Virus record (IMG/VR): IMGVR_UViG_3300031963_000004
Coordinates: 1 to 64,000 of that record
Direction: 5' to 3' (one strand)
DNA length: 64,000 nt
The notes below the pieces were generated by a model, which saw only the letters and a list, made by a program, of their open reading frames with translations, had not been told where the DNA came from and did no database searches. How positions within the stretch are numbered: the stretch's first letter is position 1; each line of letters starts with the position of its first letter. Below are positions 55,754 through 64,000 of the stretch, piece after piece. The translations under genes were made by a program, and so were the position numbers.

Positions 55754-58700
55754 TTATGCACCTAAAGGTCTAGGTGCGCTACTTGTACTTGTACCAGAAG
55801 CGATTCCTGTTCCCATTGTTATCAAATGTTTGTTACCTGTAGCAGAGTTAACAATGTAAACACCAGTTGATCCGCCTACCAGTGTCCAAAAACCAGGACC
55901 AGTTGATCCTCTGTTCTTAATGTTAACATCGTTAACATATAAGTTTCTCCAATAAGCTTCTGCGGTAGAAGTTATAGTGACTGTTAAATCATTAACACCA
56001 TCAGTCCCGCCCAATTGACTACCGTAAATTGTAATAGTGTCATTTGTTACATAACCACTTCCTAAGGAGTGAACTCTGACTTTATAAATTTGATTAGTCA
56101 ATGGTGCTAAGTTTTGATGTGTCCAAACTTCTATCATTGCACCTGTACCAGAACCACTCGTTGTCCCTACAGTACTTGTTGGAGTACCTACTGCTGAACT
56201 ATTATGACGTACATAATAACTAGTTAGAAAATCAATAGTACCTACAGGTGTTCCTGAAATCGTAGTGATGGCACCTACACCTCCGGACGGTCTACCCAAA
56301 CTTTGAGAGTTCGCATCTCCCATTGTAGGCGTTAGATGTCCCACACTGTCTATTTGCATTGTCAAGTATTGTTCGTTAACGAATCCAATACCCATAGCAC
56401 TATCAAATAAGTAAAAACCTGTTCCTGTCTGAGTTTTACCAGTTTGGATAGTAATACCTAACTCATCCGATGAAACATATAGACCTTGCCTTGCACCATG
56501 ATACCCTTCAATGTTTAAAATATCATAGTTTGTAATTTTACCATTAACATCTAATGCGTTTTGACGATTGATTGTTAATCCATTCAATACACCAACACCA
56601 GTAATGTTAGGTTGATTACCATTAGCTTCTAAAATATTTCTAGCAAAGTTTGCTGTATTTGCATTTAGTGACCATGTTGAGTAATTTGCGTTTGGCACTT
56701 CACCTACAACATTAGGTCCTACTAAATGAGTTAAATTAATACCATTTGCTTCAATTAATGTTGTTCTTAATAGTCCTGTTGCTTTGTTGTATGTTAAATT
56801 AGCGTCACCTGCAAATTCGTCAGTGTCATTAAACTGAACATGTGTATCTAATCCACCTGGGGTTACTTCAGGTAACGCTACCCAACCAAGATTACCTGTA
56901 CCATCTGTTTGTAATACGTAATCTGCTGTGCCACCTGGTATTGTAATATTCGCTAATTGAGGTAATGTAATATTACCTTCAATGAATGCATCAGTTTTAC
57001 TTGTGAATGCACCATTAACTTGTAATGATGTTAGATTACCTACACTTGTAATGTTAGGTTGTGCAGCTACTATGACTGTATTTGCTAGATTTGCATTGCC
57101 CGCATTAGCAACAACACCTACAATATTTGCTGCAGGCAAATCTGTTAATCCCTGACCACTGCCATAGAATGCAGTCGCAGTTAATCTACCAGTTGATCTA
57201 TCAAATGTCAAGAATGGACTTGCATCTAATCTATTGTTAGTATTAAATTGAACTTGTGTATTTGATCCACTAGCTGGATCAGGAACGTTCCATGACAATA
57301 CACCTGCACCATTAGTCTTTAATACATAACCATCAGTGCCACCAGTGATAGTTAAGTTAGCTACGGATCCCAAATTAACTTTTTCTGTCGCTGTTAGATT
57401 TGCAGTAGTAACGTTTCCTGTAACAGAAATATTAGCAGCAGAAACATTCGCATCAATTGTGGCTGAACCTGTTAAATCTAAATTAACAGCATATACATTA
57501 GCAACAGCGGTTACATTACCACCTTGTATATTACCTGTAGCTGTTATATTTTCACCAGAGTTTACATTACCAACATTTATATCATCTGCTGTTAGTGTAC
57601 CAGTAGTAATAAAGTTACCACCAGTAATGTTACCAGTAACAATTGTAACACCATTAACTTGTAAGTTACCTAATGTTGCATTGCCCGTTACCGTAGCGTT
57701 ACTTGATACAGTAATATTATTACTTTGTACATTGCCTGTTGTGTTAAAGTTAGCAGCGTTAGCGTTAGCTGAAGCAGTTAATGTAGTTACGCTAGCAGGA
57801 CCTGATGTTATTGATCCTGAAGTTGAGAGATTTCCAACACTTGCATTACCTGTGATTGTTAATCCTTCACCACCTGCAATATTACCGGTAACGTTTAAAT
57901 TGCCCTGACTAGTTAATCTACCTACAGTAGCAGCACCGGATACCGTTAATATGTCTGTGGTATTAATTTCACCACTGGCTGTAATCTTCCCAGAAGAATT
58001 TAGATTTCCTGCTGAGGCGTTACCCGAAACGTTAAGTGTTGTAAGTGTACCTACACCTGTGATATTCGGTTGTGAAGCAGTTGTTAAACTTCCTGCAATT
58101 CTAGTTGCACTTAATGTATTTGATGATCTGTCAAAGGTAAATGAAGACGATCCACTAAAGTTACCATCATCATTAAATTGTACGAACGTGTTGCTGCCAC
58201 CTGGTAATCTTTGTACTACCCAACTTAGATTACCTGTACCATCTGTTTTTAGTACGTAGCCATCAAACCCACCTGATATTTTAATATTTCCTACGCTGCC
58301 TAAATTAGCATTATTGGTAACTGTTAGATTAGCTCCTGAAATATTATTAGAGACAGAAATATTATTACCTGCTGAAATGTTTCCACTTACACTAAATGCA
58401 TCTTCTGTCGAACTCAGTACGGTGTTACCAATATAAATTGTACTATTGGCTAAGTAAATATCTTTCCAACGTTGTGTTGGTGAGCCTAAATCATATGTTA
58501 CGTTTGCACTAGGTAAGAGTGCGCTACCAACAGTACCTAATAATCTTAAATTACCTATGTTAGCATTTTTAGCTACAGTAAGATTTTCTGATACAGAAAC
58601 ATTACCTGTAGCAGCGATGTTACCAGAAGCATTAAGCACGCCTACGTTAGAAATACCACTTACAGTTAATCTACCTGCTGTAGAAATATTAGCTGCTGAT

Positions 58701-61700
58701 AGATTACCAGATGCTATAATTTGGTCTGTGACGTTTATGTTACCTATATCTGCGTTTGCTGTTACAGTTAAGTTTGCGGCAGTAGTAATATTACCTGTAG
58801 CTGATACAACACCAGTAGATACAACATTACCTGCGTTAACTGTTACAGTTACATTGGCATTACCTGTTACTCTTAGATTAGCAGTGTTAGCGTTACCTGT
58901 AACATTTAAAATTCCTGCAGTTGAAATATTACCTGCTGTGAGATTGCCTGTTGATGTAATTATACCGCTTACGGATAAATTACCAGCAGATGCGTTACCA
59001 GCTACAACCAATGTATTGTTACTTGTAATTGATTGACCTGTAATACTATCGGTTGCTAGAACTCTTGTAGTTCCTATATTTCCAACATTAGCATTACCTG
59101 TAACATTAAGTGTAGTATTACTTACAATTGATTGACCTGTAATACTATCGGTTGCTAGAACTCTTGTAGTTCCTATATTGCCAACGTTAGCATTACCTGT
59201 AACAGTTAGTGCATTGTTTACACTTATATTACCAGCAGTAATATTTCCTGTTACCGTTGATGTAGTTACGTTTGATGAAGTACCTACTAAATTACCTAAT
59301 AGAGTACTAGCTCTTACGTTACCTAAACTATTAAAAGTTACAACTTCATTGGTTACTGAGACATTACTACCAAAACTAAATTCTGCGTTACTATCGTCCC
59401 AACCCATAAATGCATCGACAGGGCTTCCGGCATTGTAATAATGTAGTAAACTACCCCTGTCTTTGTTGTCATCAGAGGTTAATGGGCTACCGTCTGCATT
59501 TCCACCTTGTTCAATGATTGGATCTTTGATTCTCATTGTTGTTACATTTGAGAATAAAGTTTGTCCATTAACTGTTAGGTTTCCTGATATAGTAACATTG
59601 GCAACAGCACTTAAATTACCATTGATGACAGTGTTGTTAAGTGTTGAATCGCCGCCTACATACAATGTTCCATTTGTAGATATATTACCTGCTTGCAAAT
59701 TACGATTAACTGTTGCATCAGCATTGATTTGAGCACCATTAGCAACAATTCTTCCTGAGTTGGCGAATATTTCACCGGTTGATTCAATCAAACTTGCTCT
59801 ACTTGTACCCGAAGTGATTATATTCGCAGTCGATTCAATATTACCCAATACAGTAAACTTACGGTTTAAAGTAAGATTACCGTCTACTTGTACATCTTGT
59901 AAAAAAGATTTTTGAGAAACAGTTAAGTTTCCACCTACTTCTGCATTTGCTGTTACAAGTAATCTATTCGTTGTATGTAAACTGTTTACGGTTACATCAG
60001 TAGCAGTTAAACTGATAGTTTGAATGTTGTTAAATGCTCTTAGATTACCTACGTTAGCATTGGCTGTTATAGCTAATGATGCACCTACGATATTACCCAC
60101 TGCTGTTATTTGGCCTGCACTGCGTAAATTACCAACGTTAGCGTTGCTTGTAACGTCTAAGAAACCAGAACTCATTAAATTAGCAGCAGAAACAAAACCT
60201 GCTACTGTAGTATTAGCTAAATTAGCGTTACCACTTACTCTCAACATTCCGCCAATGTTAGCTTGATTGTTTGTTTGTAAGTTATCAAACAATCCTCTAT
60301 TACCAACTGAAAGATTAGTATTTGCTGTTATATTGTTTGCTACAATATTTTTACTAATAGCAACGTTGTTAGAAATATCAATATCGAATGCTGTTAATTT
60401 TTGAGCAGCAGTTATATTACCTGTAGCAGAAATTTCTCTGGCATTTATATCTCTAGAGGTAATATCTCCTGAAGTAATAACATTACCGCCTACTAAATCA
60501 TTAGTAGAAACAATTCTATTTGCTATAATGTTTCCAGAATTAGCATAGATATGAGTATTTGATACAATCATACCTGCTATTAGGTTACCTGTTATATCTG
60601 CTCTACCATCTGTAACTAAGTTAGCACCAGTTACATTACCAGTGGCAATTATTGATTGAGCATTCACATTAGAAAGTATCGAATCACCTAATACTTCTAA
60701 TTTTTCATTTGCTTTTAAATTAGCACCAATTACATTACCACTAGCACTAACCATACCACCCGTAAGTATGTTAGCGCCTGTTATGTTTCCGATAGACAGT
60801 ATCGTGCTTGATGCTCTTAAATTGCCTACATTCGCATTACCTAATACAGTAAGTACATTGGAAGTTTTATCAAAAGTTAAAGCATTGCTTCCGTTAGCCA
60901 AGCCTGCATCACTAAACACTATTGATTTATCGGTACCAGGTAAACTAATGTTACCAGAGATATTTCCACGTAAATTACCGATAAATGTGGAGGCTGTAAC
61001 GTTACCGGTTACATTAATATTACCTACACCTATATTACTTGCAACAGTTAAGCCACCAGTTACACTGACATTAGAAACATTTAAGTTTCCACCTGCTATT
61101 ATATTGCCTGTTGTGTTTAAATTACCTACATTTGCATTCGCACCAACAGTTAATCTGTTAGTGATAGTCACGTTATTACCTGAAACGTTACCTACTGCAA
61201 CAATTTGACCTGTGGTATTTAAATTACCTGATGTGAGATTGCCAGTTGAGACAATAGCGCCGTTAGATGTAACGTTGCCTGCTGTTATATTGCCAATTAC
61301 ACCTATTGTAGAATTAGCAGTTATGTTTGTTGCTACAAGATTACTTGCTACAGACATATTAGCCGTAGCAGAAATGTTTGCTCCTGATATATCCCCGGCA
61401 GTTGCGATTCCAGTATTTGCAATAATACTACCAGCTGTTAACATTCCGGTTACATTTAACTGTCCACTAGCATTAATGCTGTCAGCAGACATATTTCCAC
61501 TTGCAATTACATTACCGTTAGATGATAATGAATTTACAGTAACATTACCTGTTACTGCTAAGCTTATTAGATTACCAACACTTGTAATATTTGGTTGTGC
61601 ATTAGTTAATACAGTACCAGAGAATGTAGCACGGTTAGCGTTAGCGACTGTTCCGGTAACATTGGCACCCGTTATGCTTGCTAAATTAGCACCATTGCCT

Positions 61701-63595
61701 GTAAAGCTTACGGCAGTTATACTGTCTACGTTACCTATGTTACCTGCTCTGAGATTACCTGTAAAATTAGCCGATCCAAATGTAGAAATATTGCCTGTTA
61801 AGGTGGCATTTACAAAACTAGCATTACCGTTTACAGACAATCCTGTTAATTCACCGACACTTGTAATATTAGGTTGTGCATTTGTATATACAGTGCCTGA
61901 TACCAGTGAATTAGACACTTGTCCTGTTATATTTGCACCAGTAATAGAACTTAATCTAGAACCATTACCACTAAAAGTACCTGTAACTACACCGGTATCT
62001 TTATCAAAAATAATTGCGCTTGAACCACCTAAATCGCCATTGTCGTTAAATTGTATACTATTAACTGGTCCGCTTGGTAACGTTTTAACAATTTGAGTTG
62101 GTTCCCATGCAACTGTACCATTGCCTCTTGTTGTTAAAACAAAGTTAGGGCTACCGCCTGTTAATGTTAAATTAGCTGCACTACCTAAATTAACTGGACC
62201 TTCAACTGTTAAACTACTTAGATTACCTAAATTAGTAATGTTGGGCTGATTACTATCAGTTAATGATCCTGATAAACTAGCTGCATTAACAGAGGTAACA
62301 CTTAAATTATTTGCATTGAAGCTACTACCACTAAATGACAAACCTGTTGGTGTAGCAGAAATTGTTTGCTCACCTAAATATATTGTATTACCTGATAGGT
62401 ATATATCTTTCCAACGTTGTGTAGGTGATCCTAAATCATAGGCTATATCTACATTAGGTACAAGCGGTGATCTTACATTGCCTGTTAATGTTAAATCTCT
62501 AGCAGTAACTCTACCATCCGCAGAAATATTATTAATAGATAAATTGTTTGCATCAATATTACCATTAGTATCAATACTTCCGCCTATATTTAAATTACCT
62601 GCAATATTAGCTGAAGTTGTTGCAGTAATACTTGTAAATGCACCTGAGTTAGGGCTAATAGCACCAATACGACCAATGAAGGTATTGCTTGCTTGTACTG
62701 TATTACCTATTACTCTTTGTGTTGATGTAATATTGCCACCAACTTGAAGTTGGTTAGTAATTCTATTGAATGTTAAGTTCGCAGATGATACGAATATACC
62801 AGCACCATCTGTAATTTGAATTTGATTGTTTGCACCTGCTGATGTACCTGCACCTGCTGTAAAGAATGAAACTGTTGCAGTACCAGTATAAGGTGTTATA
62901 TTACCTAAACTAGGAGAGCTAAAATCTACTTGATCGGCAACGACATCAAACTTGTCTGTTCTAAATAGTTCAAATGTTGTTTCATCAATAACTTTAGCGT
63001 AATACTTGCTGGTTCCTCTTTCACCTGACGTAGCGATTGCATTTAGAATATTAGCATCACCCTCTACACCAACAATAGTTAGTGGTACACCAGTTACAAT
63101 AGAACTAGCCTTAGTTAATGTTACAACAGCAGGGTTAGTTTTACTAATTCCTGCAATTTCATAAGATAAAACACCACTGTTTACAAACTGAAGGTTACCT
63201 TGTCCATCTGTCTGTAGTGCATATCCATTAACACCACCATAAATTTTAACATTTTCTATCTTACCCAAATCAACTACAGTATTTGAAGTAGGACCACCCG
63301 CATTTACCCAAGCTCCGTCCTGTACAGCCAATACCTGACCTTCTTGGACATTATCAATATTGAGCGTTGTGTTGGCAGAACCATCAACTTTAGCAAAGTT
63401 GAGTGTACTAACCTCTGTTAAAATTTCGGTTTGTGTTGTTGTATTACCGTCAGCAGGAGGGTGTAATAAAGGATCGTTCCCTATATACAGTTTTCGTTCG
63501 TCAGTTGCGAACCCTACTTCGCCTTCGGCTAATTGGGGCAGGTCTACGTTAGCCCCTGTACGGTGTTGAATCTTAGATACTTGTATGATTGCCAT
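55754..63595 (-). CDS. Giant tail fibre / filament protein (2613 aa)
   Basis: IQHRTG..LPQLAEGEVGFATDERKLYIGND start; FCCH-like ISKTNPAVVT; long Asn/Gly/Thr/Val repeats; QPNITSVG and YDLGSPTQRWKDIYL repeats. Confidence 0.8.
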   Translation of the reverse strand: MAIIQVSKIQHRTGANVDLPQLAEGEVGFATDERKLYIGNDPLLHPPADGNTTTQTEILTEVSTLNFAKVDGSANTTLNIDNVQEGQVLAVQDGAWVNAGGPTSNTVVDLGKIENVKIYGGVNGYALQTDGQGNLQFVNSGVLSYEIAGISKTNPAVVTLTKASSIVTGVPLTIVGVEGDANILNAIATSGERGTSKYYAKVIDETTFELFRTDKFDVVADQVDFSSPSLGNITPYTGTATVSFFTAGAGTSAGANNQIQITDGAGIFVSSANLTFNRITNQLQVGGNITSTQRVIGNTVQASNTFIGRIGAISPNSGAFTSITATTSANIAGNLNIGGSIDTNGNIDANNLSINNISADGRVTARDLTLTGNVRSPLVPNVDIAYDLGSPTQRWKDIYLSGNTIYLGEQTISATPTGLSFSGSSFNANNLSVTSVNAASLSGSLTDSNQPNITNLGNLSSLTVEGPVNLGSAANLTLTGGSPNFVLTTRGNGTVAWEPTQIVKTLPSGPVNSIQFNDNGDLGGSSAIIFDKDTGVVTGTFSGNGSRLSSITGANITGQVSNSLVSGTVYTNAQPNITSVGELTGLSVNGNASFVNATLTGNISTFGSANFTGNLRAGNIGNVDSITAVSFTGNGANLASITGANVTGTVANANRATFSGTVLTNAQPNITSVGNLISLAVTGNVTVNSLSSNGNVIASGNMSADSINASGQLNVTGMLTAGSIIANTGIATAGDISGANISATANMSVASNLVATNITANSTIGVIGNITAGNVTSNGAIVSTGNLTSGNLNTTGQIVAVGNVSGNNVTITNRLTVGANANVGNLNTTGNIIAGGNLNVSNVSVTGGLTVASNIGVGNINVTGNVTASTFIGNLRGNISGNISLPGTDKSIVFSDAGLANGSNALTFDKTSNVLTVLGNANVGNLRASSTILSIGNITGANILTGGMVSASGNVIGANLKANEKLEVLGDSILSNVNAQSIIATGNVTGANLVTDGRADITGNLIAGMIVSNTHIYANSGNIIANRIVSTNDLVGGNVITSGDITSRDINAREISATGNITAAQKLTAFDIDISNNVAISKNIVANNITANTNLSVGNRGLFDNLQTNNQANIGGMLRVSGNANLANTTVAGFVSAANLMSSGFLDVTSNANVGNLRSAGQITAVGNIVGASLAITANANVGNLRAFNNIQTISLTATDVTVNSLHTTNRLLVTANAEVGGNLTVSQKSFLQDVQVDGNLTLNRKFTVLGNIESTANIITSGTSRASLIESTGEIFANSGRIVANGAQINADATVNRNLQAGNISTNGTLYVGGDSTLNNTVINGNLSAVANVTISGNLTVNGQTLFSNVTTMRIKDPIIEQGGNADGSPLTSDDNKDRGSLLHYYNAGSPVDAFMGWDDSNAEFSFGSNVSVTNEVVTFNSLGNVRASTLLGNLVGTSSNVTTSTVTGNITAGNISVNNALTVTGNANVGNIGTTRVLATDSITGQSIVSNTTLNVTGNANVGNIGTTRVLATDSITGQSITSNNTLVVAGNASAGNLSVSGIITSTGNLTAGNISTAGILNVTGNANTANLRVTGNANVTVTVNAGNVVSTGVVSATGNITTAANLTVTANADIGNINVTDQIIASGNLSAANISTAGRLTVSGISNVGVLNASGNIAATGNVSVSENLTVAKNANIGNLRLLGTVGSALLPSANVTYDLGSPTQRWKDIYLANSTIYIGNTVLSSTEDAFSVSGNISAGNNISVSNNISGANLTVTNNANLGSVGNIKISGGFDGYVLKTDGTGNLSWVVQRLPGGSNTFVQFNDDGNFSGSSSFTFDRSSNTLSATRIAGSLTTASQPNITGVGTLTTLNVSGNASAGNLNSSGKITASGEINTTDILTVSGAATVGRLTSQGNLNVTGNIAGGEGLTITGNASVGNLSTSGSITSGPASVTTLTASANANAANFNTTGNVQSNNITVSSNATVTGNATLGNLQVNGVTIVTGNITGGNFITTGTLTADDINVGNVNSGENITATGNIQGGNVTAVANVYAVNLDLTGSATIDANVSAANISVTGNVTTANLTATEKVNLGSVANLTITGGTDGYVLKTNGAGVLSWNVPDPASGSNTQVQFNTNNRLDASPFLTFDRSTGRLTATAFYGSGQGLTDLPAANIVGVVANAGNANLANTVIVAAQPNITSVGNLTSLQVNGAFTSKTDAFIEGNITLPQLANITIPGGTADYVLQTDGTGNLGWVALPEVTPGGLDTHVQFNDTDEFAGDANLTYNKATGLLRTTLIEANGINLTHLVGPNVVGEVPNANYSTWSLNANTANFARNILEANGNQPNITGVGVLNGLTINRQNALDVNGKITNYDILNIEGYHGARQGLYVSSDELGITIQTGKTQTGTGFYLFDSAMGIGFVNEQYLTMQIDSVGHLTPTMGDANSQSLGRPSGGVGAITTISGTPVGTIDFLTSYYVRHNSSAVGTPTSTVGTTSGSGTGAMIEVWTHQNLAPLTNQIYKVRVHSLGSGYVTNDTITIYGSQLGGTDGVNDLTVTITSTAEAYWRNLYVNDVNIKNRGSTGPGFWTLVGGSTGVYIVNSATGNKHLITMGTGIASGTSTSSAPRPLGA
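59028..59203. repeat. Two near-identical 99-bp-period tandem units in giant fibre
   Basis: attgattgacctgtaatactatc... at 59028 and 59127; encodes VTGNANVGNIGTTRVLATDSITGQSI x2. Confidence 0.85.
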
Positions 63596-63625
63596 AGTAT
63601 AATTCTTATGAAAAGATGATTATAC

Positions 63626-63633
63626 TATTTATC
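63626..63633 (-). promoter_or_regulatory. T4-late-like promoter for giant fibre
   Basis: GATAAATA upstream of ATG 63595. Confidence 0.6.
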
Positions 63634-63653
63634 AATCAAATTTTAATTGGAAA

Positions 63654-63998
63654 CTATAGAAATTTTGAATAATATTCGTCTAATTTGCGAAACCAGATAT
63701 CCACATACCCATCAAATTCAGCTCCCTCAACTATAAATTCTAGGTACTGATTGTCTGCTGTACACATAAAAATCACACCCTTACGGATATTAGTCCCGTG
63801 TAACTCATTATGTGCTGTGGCATACGCTGCGGATTGTACAAAGTAATCTTCAATCCACTCACGCTTCTTGACTTTGTTGCTTTGTTTATGATCCATAATA
63901 GCTTCTTGTCCATCATGTATCCCACAAAGATCCGTAGTCCCTGCATAGACCTTAGGGAAATATAATGGTACTTCTACTCCCCAGGCTTCGTTTACCTT
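63654..63998 (-). CDS. PD-(D/E)XK exonuclease (3' part; runs off window end)
   Basis: In-frame upstream of track start: EVPLYFPKVYAGTTDLCGIHDGQEAIMDHKQSNK..YFVQSAAYA. Confidence 0.8.
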   Translation of the reverse strand, partial: KVNEAWGVEVPLYFPKVYAGTTDLCGIHDGQEAIMDHKQSNKVKKREWIEDYFVQSAAYATAHNELHGTNIRKGVIFMCTADNQYLEFIVEGAEFDGYVDIWFRKLDEYYSKFL

Positions 63999-64000
63999 AC

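Noticed and set aside
57336-63569. Many long plus-strand ORFs (e.g. 57336..57908, 61212..62096; also 31411..33900)
   Set aside because: Antisense shadows of Asn/Gly/Thr/Val-rich fibre genes whose codon use suppresses stops on the opposite strand; no RBS or recognisable motifs.
1-64000. Stop-codon reassignment, as in some large phages
   Set aside because: Standard code gives near-complete coding coverage with intact multi-kb genes; TAA, TGA and TAG all end genes at coupled junctions.

Overview
A 64-kb, AT-rich, densely coded segment of a large (probably jumbo) contractile-tailed dsDNA phage, transcribed mostly on the minus strand. It has T4-like morphogenesis genes: tail sheath, tail tube, neck, tail terminator, head-completion nuclease, baseplate wedge and several very large fibre/adhesin proteins. 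Replication and nucleotide genes include a clamp loader, a truncated DnaE-like fragment, dNMP kinase, MazG, Nudix and a PD-(D/E)XK exonuclease. There is also a proteostasis set (ClpA, DnaJ, GroES), lysis genes (GH19 lysin, 3TM holin-like) and host-like genes (fatty acid desaturase, Dps, PhoH, Pal). Pal points to a Gram-negative host, and I infer a betaproteobacterium. No portal, major capsid or large terminase gene is visible. The most striking unexplained structure is a family of about a dozen unrelated proteins (ADP-ribosyltransferase-like, kinase-like, RNase-like, metallopeptidase, Gp88-like, nucleotidyltransferase) sharing a short N-terminal leader resembling the T4 capsid-targeting sequence. 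Several long proteins are also punctuated by prohead-protease-like (V/L/I/M)-x-E sites, suggesting a modular virion-packaged effector cargo system. Other notable signals are a GC-rich structured RNA candidate before the desaturase, a T4-style hairpin that could silence the neck gene on early transcripts, several apparently leaderless promoters, and a C-family polymerase fragment that stops just before the catalytic aspartates. All family assignments are by motif recognition only; no searches were run.
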